The notes beneath the pieces are model-generated. The model was not told where the DNA came from and ran no database searches. It saw only the letters and a program-made list of their open reading frames with translations. From Phoronis australis (lineage: Eukaryota; Animalia; Phoronida), in NCBI GenBank assembly GCA_002633005.1, contig NMRA01000602.1, forward strand, positions 116,362 to 180,361: 64,000 bases of DNA, in the 5' to 3' direction. Numbering within the stretch: position 1 is the first letter of the stretch; each line of letters begins with the position of its first letter. A program made the translations under genes and the position numbers. Shown here piece by piece: positions 12,870 through 25,700 of the stretch.

Positions 12870-15130
12870 CTTAAACTCGGTGATCTGCTATTTCAACCGC
12901 CCTCTGAATAAAAGAAGGTCTGCTACCAAAATACAAAGATATTCAGCTCTGTGACCCTGCAGCCCGAGAAGAAGCCTTCATTTTTGATTATAGGAAACAA
13001 CTTGTTAAAACAAATTACATCATGCGGAAACTAACATTAGCAGTTTGACTAGTCAAATCAAAGCAGTCAAGCATGAATTGGAAATAATTGAAACGCAAAA
13101 AGGTCACTTGATGCATGAAATTTTGCAACGAATCCACTCCTATACCGATAGAGCAGATGAAGTCTCCAGACACGATCATGAAAAAACTAGAAAAATTATA
13201 TAAAGGTGCTATAGTTACATCGCAAGAGCCAAAAACACACATGAATTTGTCTGATCGTCAACATACAGAAGACGAACATAATTTTTTGTCATTGGGAATG
13301 AATGTACACCTTAAACCTCGATTTGATTTGTTGTCGAACTTGAAAAAAACTATACCAAGATATTGAAAACCTTGAGAGTGATGGTTTTGTTAATGTTGAT
13401 AAGAATATTAAAGACCAACTCAAGTTAGAGGGGACAAAGAACAGATCCAATTCAAGAAATTAGAAAAGAATATTAACCAAAGAACTTCGTGCTGCCGCTA
13501 AACAACTGCGGGACACTGAAGACATCGTAAGTAGAAAGTCTGATAAGACCACCATAATGAATAAGAACGAGTACCAAGATATGCTGAATAACATCATCGC
13601 TGACATGTCAAAGTTTGAGAGTATAAATCGTAGCCCCGTAAATAATCTTAAGAAAGAACTAAACACGTAAATTAAACTAGCTAATGTTCACAAAAAGTAT
13701 TTCCAAATTGTTGAGGGTGATTTTCCAGAAGGATACTTGTACGTTAACCCTAAAACGCATAAGCCTGGGTCTCCACTGAGACCTATCATTTTTCAAGCGT
13801 TAACCTCTACTAATGAGGTTGCTAAAAATTAGATAAACTCATCACACAGAACTTACCATACAAGTACAATGCCAAATCTCGTGATGAATTTTTAGATTCA
13901 TTACGATCTATTGACGCAACGCCAAATTCCTATCCTGCATCTCTTGACGTTCAAAGTCTATTCACTAACGTTCCGGATGTCGAAACTGGAGAATTTATCA
14001 TTTCTTTTGTGTATAGCCATGTATTAATGGCTCCTCCCAGTATCCTAAAGAGGTACTAGGAGATTTGCTATTACTTTGTACCACAAAAGTACTATTTAGA
14101 AACAGTGAAGGCAAACTGTATTTGAAAAACTAATGGTGTATCCAAGGGATCACCTCTCGGACCAACTTTTGCTGATTTTTACACGTAGTCTTCCAGAGAA
14201 CCCTAACATATACTGCAGGAATGTTGATGATGTTTTTATGATGGAGATCAAACTTGCTTTTGAGCACAATTCTGTATTAAAATTCACGCATGAATTACCA
14301 GTAAGTAACAAGCTTCCGTTCTTAGACGCACTTGTTGAAAATGATGAATCTGGCATTAAAACATCAGTATATAGGAAATGAACATATGATTGGGGTTTGT
14401 TAACATAAAACCAGCCAATGTCCTCTGAGATATAAGCTCTCTGTTTTGACGAGCTTTTTGAAAAGAGCATATTCTGGTTACTCAGATTGGGAAACCTTTA
14501 ATACTGAGTGTAATCGCATCATGCAAATTATAAACAATAACAGTTACCGCAATGAGCCGAATACAGAAGCCTGCGCGTTTAAAACAAATAGGTCGTTGCA
14601 CCAAGAAACTATTCTACCGCAACCAATTCCATTAACGTTATATTGAAGATGAACGAAATTCAAAACGGATCATCCGTAATAATGTTAAGACCGTTAAACC
14701 AGAAGATAACCTTTCGTTAATTGTACATAACAAAAGCCATAAAACTAAAGAACATATGTTCAAAAACAATCTGTGCACACAGTCTGTCCGAATGTTATCC
14801 AAAACTGACTTGATTTATCAACTCAATTACCCTCACAACGAATGTATTCGTTCAAACACCGATTGCTTAAGGTATGTTGGTTACACAACTTGCACTTTAG
14901 CTTGACGGTTATCTATGCATTTACAAATGGATACATCAAAGATCACTTTTCTAACACTCCACAAACAGAAAATTTCTCGTTCATTTATTGTTAACAATAC
15001 CATCTTCAGGTATTTCGAACGGAACTCCTTTCGTTTGAAAATTCTCAAAACTTTAATAATAAAACTGAACTGAAACTCCTGACCTAAATTCCCAAGACAC
15101 TGGGTTCCATTGTACCTTATCGTAATATAA
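12870..15130 (+). mobile_element. Penelope-like retroelement (RT + GIY-YIG), degenerate
   Basis: Motifs in order across frameshifts: GLLPKY, FLSLGMN, YVNPKTHKPGSPLRPII, SLDVQSLFTNVP, GSPLGPTFADF, YCRNVDDVF, LPFLDALV, then IYQLNYP...YVGYTTCTLA. Confidence 0.88.
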
Positions 15131-15267
15131 AAATGTCCATATGTTGCAACACCTTTGTACTTTCTTGAATTTTACAACGTTTTATAGTACATTAATTTCC
15201 ATGAATAAGGCCAAGAACAGCTAACTTTTCAATAAAACATGTTCAAAAGAAGGCCTGCTATAGCAAA

Positions 15268-15369
15268 TACACAGACACACACACAGACACACACACAGAC
15301 ACACACACAGACACACACACAGACACACAGAGAGACACACAGACACACACATAAACAGACACAGACACA

Positions 15370-15458
<89 letters not shown>
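15268..15458. repeat. (CA)n microsatellite with CAGA interruptions
   Basis: Directly visible. Confidence 0.98.
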
Positions 15459-15463
<5 letters not shown>

Positions 15464-15548
15464 GTCTAACAATATCATTGACTCAATACTGTGTTGAAGC
15501 GCTAGGAATAAACAAACATGGACCAAAACAGTATACTAACGTGCGTGC

Positions 15549-15631
15549 TTATTTCTTTATTTATTTATTATTGTGATATTTAAAATGAGGGTGGCCTCTT
15601 CAGTGATAGCACTGCTTTCCAAGAGGGCCCT
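15549..15631 (-). mobile_element. 3' tail of a CR1/L2-type LINE or partner SINE
   Basis: Minus strand AGGGCCCTCTTGGAAAGCAGTGCTATCACTGAAGAGGCCACCCTC (CCTCTT..CAGTG/CACTG.AAGAGG stem-loop) followed by an (AATA)n tail. Confidence 0.45.
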
Positions 15632-15758
15632 TATGTTGATTTTCTCGAAAATTGGGCGACCCAGGCAAGTGCTGGAACAATCCCCTTTCGATCCACCCAT
15701 TAAAGGAGGGACTTAACAGCGGGAAAAATTGATAGCCAAAATTTTGTTGCTCACTTAA

Positions 15759-17376
15759 AGAAGAATGACACCCGGTTTAATTAGTCTTTTTTGCCGTCTT
15801 AATCGGTCTATATCCACATCGCCTCGCATACGGTCGCCCTTACCTTGCGACGTCAGTGGTTCATATGCAGAGTGAATGCCGCTACGTTGCGGTGCATCGT
15901 TCCCACTTTTCCGACCAAAGCAGCTGCGAGGAAAGAGGGTATATCGTTTTTGTTTACTTCCTCGACAGTCCGAAATGCTTAGGAAGTGGCTCATAGTAAT
16001 GAAGAATGAAATGTATGCTGTGAATAGCAAGTATGAATCCGTGAAACATCTAAGTGCCGTGTCCTGTAGTCGACAGTCTCTGACGAATGCCGGCTTACCA
16101 AATAACTCCATACGTTCCTTTGTCTGAGCTTGTTCACGGTGCCTCTCTACAATTTCGTCATCACTGTATTCCTGTTCGAATTGATAGCCTGTAAAACTTA
16201 ACAATCCACCTGCAAAGTCGGGACTGATGAGCTCTAGCTTGTCCTAAGTGGGGATTGCGAGATGCCATGTTGGCCTTTTATTACTGCGCGTTCTGTTTCG
16301 AAATGAATTATTCTCACCCTAACCAACTGAAACAAAGTCTGTCTCATTAAATGCAATTTGTAATGCCTTTGGAGTGTTCGTGAGTGCAAATGAGTTGAGC
16401 AGGCAGCAATGATTAAATCACTGCGTTACCGGTTTTAGGTGCAATAAAACTAATTGACGAGACACCGAGGTCGTGTGAGCTCATGCTAATTTAGTGTTTG
16501 CTGGCAGAAACTGTTGTGAAACAACTCGATTTCCATCCCACTGCCAGGTGTTAGGGGAATCTTTATTTGCGTTTATATTAATCAAATAATGATTGTCAAT
16601 GTACAACTTCTGCCCTGACGGTGCTGTGGCCAAAGCGGAACCCGAGTGAATTCGCGGCCCCGACGAGTAAGTAGATTTGAAGTTTCGTGGCTCATTCACC
16701 AACATAATCACGTGCACATTACTTTGGCTCACTAGTATAGTATTTTCTTGTCTCGAAGATTAGTTTCCACTGAAGTTTGGCTGGTTGATGTTCGTGATGT
16801 CTGATCAGTTTCTGAGCCACTGGCCGGGATAACTCAAGTCAATCCGGCCGGCCGCGACGGGCATGATCGGGCTCCGAGCCACTGGCCAGGATAACAAGCG
16901 TTCTGTGTTTAGAACTCAAAAACACAAGTCTAAACAACACAGATCTAGGTTCTCCTGCCTGTATCTCACGGAAAATTCTTCGAAATTATCTCCGAACAGA
17001 CCCCTAACTCCTGCTACGAACCTTATTAGCCTGCCGAACTTTGCAGGCTACGGTGTGTCCAAATACCAATAAATTCGTAAGAGCGAAATAAAAGAACACG
17101 TTTTTATAAAAACTGGATGTATTTTTAAGGGTTTTACATCAAAGTTTGATGATTTATTGGTGTTAAACGATTACTTCAAGCGATAAGCTGACACCAGTAA
17201 CCCGTGTTGTGAACTGCTGAAGAGACTTCGTGTGAAACCGATGACGTCATTGGATAATTTCAACTCCTCCGTCTGCCGTCAGGTGTCAGGTATCGTAACC
17301 GTACGTGTCGTCATGTAGTAGAACTACTCGATCTAAATTGATACAAATTAAGTTGCTTTTTGGGTGACATGCTCCT
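15759..17376 (+). mobile_element. Internally deleted Kolobok DNA transposon A
   Basis: TTAA on both sides (15755-58, 17377-80); 15-bp TIRs match 12/15. Decayed THAP-like ORF on + (15876-16127) converges with a minus-strand acidic start GYQFEQEYSDDE (to 16204) typical of the Kolobok second protein. Confidence 0.65.
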
Positions 17377-17380
17377 TTAA

Positions 17381-18340
17381 AGTGTACACAACATGACTCT
17401 AGTACCTCAAAATAAATTTTATTATTATATCTTACTTGATTTCAGTGCCTTTAGTGCACAGCTCATAAAGAAACACGCAAAAATTGAAAAAAATATTAAT
17501 TATGTACAACGTCATGGGTTGAACCCAAGTCGTTCGCCATACCGTTCGGATCCGAGACAAAGTGTATAGATTGAAGAGAATGCAAAGTACGTTTAGCGTC
17601 GAGAAGGTTCGTAGAGGGATCAAAAGATGTGTTTCCGGAGCCTGCAGCAACAACATCCAGGCGGAAACTTCTCGGTGTTCCGAAGGACACCAAAGTTGCG
17701 CAGAAGTGGCATGACTTCGTGCGCCGAACGAGAGTGTGGGACGCCATCGTGGACCAAGCGATTCGGTCCGGGGCCACTCTGTGTTCTGCCCACTTTGAGG
17801 ACACGTGTTTCGACTCCAGTCACAGGAGACGTTACGATGAAGGCCTGGTTCAATAAAGGGCAATATTTATCATTCAGAAACATCAGCTCAGGATCGTCTG
17901 TTGGATGACTGGGTTCAGTTGACTCGCCGAGCCCGAGGCCGCTTCTCTCGCGGGAGGATCCAGTTCATAAGGCTCAAAGTAGAAAAGTACGCAGCCGGAA
18001 GCACATTAAACTTGTTCTCGCTTTCGTGCAACCCCATTTCCTCATCCTGGCCACCATTCCCATACGTTTCTTCATAGTATTCGTTCAATTCTTGCTCTTA
18101 ATCATCGTCACTTTCAAATTCCCTGGTCTCCGCCATTGTTCAATGCTAGTCACTGATCTCTTGTGTTCAACCCATGACGTCACATGGCGGGAAATGTGAA
18201 AATTGGCAAAATTGAAAGAAAAATCAAAATTTTGAGCTAATTACACAAAATAAACATGGGTTTAGCTAAATTTTACGTCATACATTTAGTCTGTGGCCAC
18301 CGGTAATTCAAAATGTGCAAAAATCCATGGTGTGTACTGT
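17381..18340 (+). mobile_element. Internally deleted Kolobok DNA transposon B
   Basis: TTAA flanks (17377-80, 18341-44); TIRs AGTGTACACAACATG / CATGGTGTGTACTGT. Frameshifted THAP domain on + (KRCVSGACSN...PKDTKVAQKWHDFVRRTR...LCSAHFEDTCF, ~17620-17815); convergent acidic start on - (MAETREFESDDD...FEPYELDPPAR). Confidence 0.75.
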
Positions 18341-19155
18341 TTAAAGTACCTGTTCGCGGCTACTTCAATTAGAACACATGCTGGTGTGATGTGTTTATTT
18401 CAAGAACTGTGGAACACAGTGTGCCGCGGCATCAGAAGAATCTTGTGAAGGAGCAAGTGCGTTTGATGGTTTGATGATAAATTGTTGAATCCGGAGAAAG
18501 TATGTTTGAAATTCGGTAGAATATTTGATTGTGTACCAAAAGTGAAATGCGTTTGAAAAATAATTTTGATAAGTTCTCACATGCTTTTGTTGTCTTATTA
18601 ATTTGATAAACTTGGATGTCAGGATTTTTGACAAGGAATTTGAAGCTGGTAACCTAAGGTAGAGTTTTCAACTTGTTAGTATCTGAGTCTTAGTCTGTCG
18701 GGTGACTGCAAATTCTGTACTGGTCTTCGAAGTTTGTTGATCTTAATCCAGTGCAATAACTATCAAAGACATTTAACTTATAGGGACTTCCCAAACTGTA
18801 GGTACATGCATGGTATGTTCTGAACAATAACTGAGGCCGGTAGCGTGAGGATTTTTTTCCAGTCACGAACTCAGCCGGTACATGCCCATAACAACCCAGT
18901 CATCGTCTGATCATGTGCAGTGAAACCAAGCAATAAACGTTTCCATCTTGGGGGCAACCGGTTACTTACTTAAATGAGTTGAAAGCGGGTGTTGTAGAAT
19001 TGTGTCATCTTCAACAATCTGCGTCGAAAACTCACATTAAATACTGGGTACTTAGATAGTGTTAAATAGCATGAGAGCAGCTTAAACACGCCAGCTTGAT
19101 GTAGCAAACTGGTCCTTAGATTTCGTCAACTGTAGTATGCAAGATGTTGCAGAAG

Positions 19156-19162
19156 TATAAAT
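19156..19162 (+). promoter_or_regulatory. Candidate TATA box of the WSC gene
   Basis: TATAAAT about 25 bp upstream of TCAG (19181) and 40 bp upstream of the ATG at 19196. Confidence 0.5.
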
Positions 19163-19195
19163 GGCTCTCGTTCTAATAGATCAGGCAAATTCAAG

Positions 19196-19232
19196 ATGGA
19201 TAAATATCGTTGCCGAAGCTGCAAGTTGCAGG
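19196..19232 (+). CDS. Secreted triple-WSC-domain protein, exon 1
   Basis: AAGATGG start context; MDKYRCRSCKLQ(G); phase-1 donor GTAATA at 19233, compatible with exon 2. Confidence 0.55.
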
Positions 19233-19521
19233 GTAATAGTATTTAATCGCTTTGGATAAATGACCTTCACAAGGATAACATCCATTCAACAAAACGGTGT
19301 TATTTGCGTGAAAGAACCCGTGTTATCCATGCATTGTGCAAAAGAGATTAACTTTACCTAATTGTAAAGTTTTCATTGCATTTATATGTGCATTTAACAA
19401 TATCTAGATCAAGATGTATGAAGAATGTGGATTATTCAGATGAAACGAGGAAAATGTATTACGTTTATCTTAGTTATATGAATTACAATAGAATACTAAC
19501 AAAAATCTAACTTGTTTACAG

Positions 19522-19563
19522 GTGTTTGCTTGTTATTGTTGGGTCTCCTGTATCCGTGCCAAG
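19522..19563 (+). CDS. Secreted triple-WSC-domain protein, exon 2 (signal-peptide core)
   Basis: TTTACAG acceptor, GTACGT donor, phase 1-1; encodes (G)VCLLLLGLLYPCQ(G). Confidence 0.65.
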
Positions 19564-20741
19564 GTACGTACATGTACACAGACGTCATGGATTCATTCGT
19601 CACTGTTTGAGTTTATGGAGAATATCAAGTGGAAAGTGTTGAAGCAAATCTTATAAGTGGCGAAAATTGTTCAATTAAACGTCAACGTTTCGTGATATGT
19701 AATTTAAAAAACTGACAATAGTAGCCAAGATAAAAGAAGCAGGCCTTTTGTCATCAGCCTGATCGCAATCGAATTTCATTTTAAATTAAATTATATGGAG
19801 ACAAAAACAATTCAACATTTCTATGACCGGCAGTGTCTTAAGAGTGCTGACATAAAGAAATTTACCTAGACGTTAAAGTACACCGATTTTCTTTAATAAT
19901 TTCTTTGTGATGTGATCTATGTGCATATTCAATTTAAGATTGGGATACAAGATAAGGCCCAAGTACTTAAACTTGTCAACACTCTCGATAGGAGAACCGT
20001 TGATAGAAAGGTACAGTTTCTGTTGTTTTAATTTCATTAATTGCAATGTCATCAGCATATAAAACTGGGACAAGGTTGTGGAGGACAGCAGGGAGGTCGT
20101 TAACAAAAATAATGAACAATAAGGGGCCCAGGATGGAACCCTGAGGCACACCCGTGATAACGGTTTAATAGTCAGAATGAATACCACCGTATTTGGTGGC
20201 CTGTTTGAGGTCGTATAAGTAGTTTTTAAACAAAAGGAGTCCGTTATCATTAGCTCCATGCCAATAGAAGGGAAGTTTCCTCCAGGAACTGGTGAAGCTG
20301 CTTTTGGACACACCTTTAAAGAATTTTGGACACTGCAGGGAGGACCGATATTGGTGTATACTTCTTACAACTGGACATTTCGCCGTTTTCGCCAGGAGCA
20401 GTGACCGCCATCTTCCTTTCTTAGGAATTGTGTCCGTTTTTTGAACTTAAATTCATGATGTTGGTAAGGGGCTCAGGTATTTTCTGAGACGCCAGTTTTA
20501 ATAGTTTGGCGTCAATGATATCAATGCCACTGGCACTACTAGAGTTCAGATTTTTTATTTGTTCTCGGACGTAGTCAACTTGAATGTTCTGAAACTGAAA
20601 TGATATTCCCTCCTGTGCCTTGGGCGAGAGCTCAATGGTCGACATACTGAAATTTTCATCAAGTTTTTGGCCAATGCCAGTAAAAAAGTCATTAAATGCA
20701 TAAGCTATTTCACTTTTATCCGAAACACCATCGTTACCAAT

Positions 20742-22768
20742 TGACCTATCGCCAAGATTATGACGGACAGCTTAATTGACCAATCAGAACGCAACATTCT
20801 TGGCACATCTTCGTCTGCGTTTCCAAGCCACCATTTTACCCGACAAACCACACGCAGTCGAGTAAAACTTACTTTAGTCTATAGCTCAAGAAATTGTCCG
20901 CTAAGAATGGGGAAACGGTGTTGATATGACGTGTGTAGCACCGATGGACGTTATGCTGCTCCAGAATAATATCCTGTCATTTTTTGGCATGTCCTAAGCC
21001 GAAAAATGATGTTGAAAAGCGTAAACTATGGATCAAACTGTACGGCCACACGAGCAGCTAAACTTAGCGATGTTGCTTGATAACTCGAAGGCTACAATAA
21101 ACACAAATATATTAGTTCCATGATACGCACTTTTCACCTTGGTGGCTATGGTGCAGGGCTATCTCAGATTTTGACTCCCGAGTTGGCTACGTCTGGCCGC
21201 CTGCTGGATCTCAGCACTCTAGCGGTAGTCCCCGGAAATTGTTGTTTTCAAGGACATTTTTATTTTATGTTTTTTTTCATTTATTTCAACCTAATGGACA
21301 TTATTTTGTTTCGTAACAGAGGTACAGTTTTGTTATTCATAAACCGTAAGCTGGCGTTCAACTGAACTTCTCTCCCGGTCAAAATTCAGAGATTCGATCG
21401 GCACAGGGAAGGGCACTGGATTACTGCCGGAACTCAAAGCCTTAGTCGAGCTGTTGTCACTAAAAATAAACTGTTGAATTACTTTTGACGTGTACTTCTA
21501 GTATACACTTTGTCTGTAGAGTTAGAGAGAGCTCATTTTGGAGTGATTCAAACATGATATTTAGATTTATGAAGCTTTAAACAAGAATTTAAGTTATTTT
21601 TGTAAATACCCTATTTTTGCAACTACCACATCAGACTTGTAATCTTTTGTAACCATACCACGACTTAGTGATCCATGCTACCTTCAAAATTAAATGAAAG
21701 CTACCTTTATGGAATGAAACTACAAAAAATGCCAAGTTCATCAGAAGGTATGCCTAATTTAAATGTCTTAATGGTGCAAACGGACAATTCCATAGGCGGA
21801 TTTACGGGGGGAGGGCAGGGGGCCCAGGCCCCCCCTTGGCTGCCGCAAGCAATTTAATGAAACAGCAAGAGCGTGAGGAAATATTGAGTTCAGTAACTAG
21901 GACCGGTAGCAGAAGAGTGGGGGCTCAGACCCCAGATCACGGCGGAATCGTGTTCCTGTTTTTTAGTCCACCGATAGATTTTCTGAACAGAAGGTCCAAC
22001 GGTCTACATCCCTGGCCGCCTGTGCACACACAATCGCACTTTGCCCAATTCCACGAGGCAACATATGTTGGGCCCCCCTGTGGTATCCTAGATCCGCCAC
22101 TGAATTCCAGACTTTAATTTTACTTAGACACACACCTAGACCTACCGGAGGACGAGATGAGTGTGTACCTGAGCTATGAAAATGATTTTTTTGATCAAAA
22201 TATTTCGTTACAAGATTAGAAAAGCTATCGAGTCGATCTAATCAGAGACTATAGTGCATGTGTTGTCTGTAATCAATGACCTACTTTACTCCAGGAGTCC
22301 GACCAGTTGTGACCTACTTTTCATTTGGCGAAATTTAACAGAGGACAGAATAAAAATATCGGTGAATCTTCACTGATTTTATTCGAAAGATCATGAAATC
22401 TATGGAATCGTACAGATAATTCGACTTTAAGGTACATACCCAGCTTTACAAGAACATATCCTATCAGTGGCCTTGTCATTTGTCAGGTGAAGGTGGCCCC
22501 GAGGCCGAGGGGTTCTTCGGATTTTCGCTGGCTCCTCGAACACTTATTTTTTATTGTCATCTTTACAAATTCCCATATCATGAACGTACGATTCAGTGTT
22601 GAAAAGCATCGCCTCTAGTCTCTGCCGACGCGTTTTCAAATAGTGCAAAAACACTCATCGATTCCACCAGGAACGTCGTTTAGCGACATTGTATTTGCCT
22701 CTGACATCTCGTTCGAATGTCGGGTATCACGTGACTTTTCGCATAGGGGCGGAGCTTGCGATAGTTCA
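20742..22768 (+). mobile_element. ISL2EU-like (PIF/Harbinger-related) DNA transposon, internally deleted
   Basis: Ends AT-TGACCTATCGC / GCGATAGTTCA-GT; removing the element restores the LINE frame. THAP start on + (MGKRC*YDVCSTDGRY...PKPK...KLWIKL, from 20907). Convergent minus-strand fragment ESYVHD...KCSRSQRKSEEP...ICSCKAG is like the SWIM/YqaJ second gene. Confidence 0.72.
21791..22102. mobile_element. MITE with G-rich TIRs and 5-bp TSD (AATTC)
   Basis: CATAGGCGGATTTA...TAGATCCGCCACTG; AATTC at 21786-90 and 22103-07. Confidence 0.75.
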
Positions 22769-25700
22769 GTTAGTAATTCAGTTGCGAGAGACTTGGACGT
22801 GTTAAGAAAAATTGATTTCATGATTTTCCTGAAAGTATTTCCGTTAGATTTGTTTTCATTAATAACTTGGTCGTAATACTCGACCTTAGCTCGTTTAAGC
22901 GCATTGTTTTCCTTATTTCTAGCTTTCTTAAAGATACCCCAGTCAGACGGATTTCGGGTACATTGAGCTATTCGCTTCAGGCAGTCTCTCTTGCGAGAAA
23001 GAGCATGAGATTATCATTATACCACTCTGGTGATTTGCCCTTTTATTTCAATTGTATTGAGTGGGCGTGATTATTAACTACGCCGATGAAGCTTTGATTG
23101 AAAATAGACCAAGCGACATCGGGGTCAGCAGCGGCAGTAACGGCTCCCCAATCAATCTCATGTAGGTCACTGAGAAAGCCTTCGTTATCGAAGGTGCGAT
23201 ATGAACGCTTGGTAATGATACGTGGCGGAAACCTAGGGCGACAAGTCTTATACGTTGTGAGTACAAGATTATGATCACTAATCCCAATGGGTATACTATC
23301 AAACTTAAAAAATTTTGTCAACGTTTTATACAAAAATAAGTTCAAGGCATGTGGAAATTTTGTCGGTTACCCTTCTGGGCTCGTTAATAATTTTCTGCAT
23401 ACCCAACCCTCGTTCCTATACCTTGACTTTACCCACTGTCTTCTTACACAATGCATCATAATTAAAATCACCAGTAATAATAAAATCGTTGCTAGTCCGA
23501 GTTTGCTTACGAAAAATATTTTTTAAATGATCAGTCATTTTTTCAGTTAACAGAGGGTGGTTTGTAGACTGATCAAATAATTAAGCTATTCGATTTAGGG
23601 ATGCCAATCTCATCCCAGAGCGATTCCACATGATTGTGATGGTACTGGAGTTGACGGCTAGATAGCCCTGCTTTCGTGTGGATAGCAACACCACCACTTT
23701 TCCTGTTACGATCGGTTCTAGTCTATGGCAGTCTCAGAATCATCGATGAGAGAAGAGAAGCGTGTTTCTTTCAAGCACAAAATATCGATAGGTTTTTGAC
23801 TCATAATAGAGCATAGATCATCAATGCGGTCAGTTAGCGACAATATATTTAAATCAGATAACGGGTCCATGGTCACTCAGGATACTCTCAGAGACTGAAG
23901 GGGTTGACTCATTAATATTCTCGGTTGTGAACAACGAGTCACTAAAATTAAAAAAGGATATATCATAATGAGCAGAGACGTGGTCTGGTTTTTAGCTACG
24001 TTTCCGTTGTTGCAGCTAATCTACTTGTTGCTCAGGACCATAAACAACCTCACTGTTATTGATAGCAGATTCAGTGACTAAGGGGAGTCCTACATCAAAA
24101 ACCTCATGTCAGTCAATTACTTTGTCACAGTGCTTCTCTGATTGGAAACACGGATGGACACAGCGCCGGAAACAATGGAGTTGTTCCAAATTCATAGCAT
24201 TAGTAATGCAGTGAGCTGTCACCTGATTAGTTCCGCTCATCTGGATGCTTCACCTCAAACAACAACCAGGGATATTCTTAGAAAGGGTGCACAGAGGGAT
24301 ATTGATGTTACAGCAAAAATTGCATCGATACTCACAGAATCCAGCGTCAAAATACACAAGAACCACGAAACACAGTTATGTGATAGTCCACTCATCAGAT
24401 CCTTCTACATTAACTGAATTGTATCCCTTACATTAACAGGGTTTCTAGGTTGCATTGGAACTCTCTGCGCATTGTGCCCCGTTTACTTTTGCCTTGGTCG
24501 GAGCCCATCGAGAACACAATCTCGACCGCCACGAGGTGTAGGACCACCTCTTGGGTATTGCTATCTCTCTGGAAAAGGGATTCTTGTAGACTGAATCGGC
24601 TGTGGCTAAGGTGACAGCACATACGAAAATAGACCAGTAAGCGCGGGGTTACCACTAGCGTGCTCAGAATTCAAGCAATCGATAAGGTATTGGGGCTGAC
24701 GAAGGCATTATATCTGATCAAATCTAACATAGCGTGGTTTTTGACTGCATTTCACGTGTGTCATTGTTTTCCAACCTGCTTTTGTGCATCAGATGTCATT
24801 AGTAAAAACCCGTTTGGCCCTCAAATTTAGGATCCTAAAAGTCACTCAACTGTGTCTCACTGCGTTTCTGCGATCATGTGAACCTTCTTCTAGTCAGGAT
24901 CAAATGTCTCCAAGCTTGCCACTGATAGTTTGATGTGTGTTTTTTGTTCCCTTTTAACATTCTTTTTCTCTTTGATTAAGTTTTTGTGTTGAACTAATAG
25001 TAATTCTGAGGGATGCACTAGGGGTACCATGGATGCATTCAATGTGGTTATACTAAGCACGGCTCTAATGATTTTAAACTAGAGAGGAATTTAATAGAGA
25101 ATTTGTTTTTGAATCATATAAAATATACATTGCTATTTGACACGGTTGGCTAGCAGAGGCACGGGCCGCTAGTATCTGACCACAGAGTAACAAAAATTAT
25201 ATAGACATTAACAAAGAAGAAGAACAATATAGGTAACAACAGAAAAAGTACACCTACCATGAAATATGGTTCAAAGCAAAGTTAATTTAAATTTTTAAGT
25301 TAAATGTATTTTACAAAGAATTAAACACAGCGATCACGGTTACTTCAATTAGAACATGCATTATCATGTTAAACGTTACATTGAGAGTTTCAAGTGCTTA
25401 ATATGTATTTTTTAAATGCATGGACAACCCATGTAAGATATGCGTGTCGATTTTGTCTGTTACATATCTCGAAAGGATACACCTGTTTATTAGATTCGGT
25501 ATTTTGAACATCAATGAGCTTTCACAACTTTTTTCTGTTAGTTTTAGGATGAGTTGTTGACTACATATTCCCAGTGACTGATGGAATTGGAAATACTGTT
25601 ATAATAAAATTAAATAGGCGAACGATTTCATGTATGTTTGAAGTCGTAAAAGAATTTTAGACAAGCAAAGTTAAATTAGTCGTCGAGAAGAAATGTTTTG

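Larger units (their letters stand above)
19800..23900 (-). mobile_element. CR1/L2-group LINE ORF2 (APE + RT), degenerate, interrupted at 20740-22770
   Basis: APE motifs DILCLKET, DRNRKSGGVAI, ISDHNLV (23050-23850); linker SASGIDIIDAKLLKLA; RT motifs [33 protein letters not shown] (19870-20160). Confidence 0.88.

Noticed and set aside
15221-15526. CV-repeat and TH-repeat ORFs
   Set aside because: Translation of the (CA)n microsatellite.
24142-24655. ORFs next to the LINE, considered as ORF1 or extra host exons
   Set aside because: No recognisable motif and no convincing splice or phase support.
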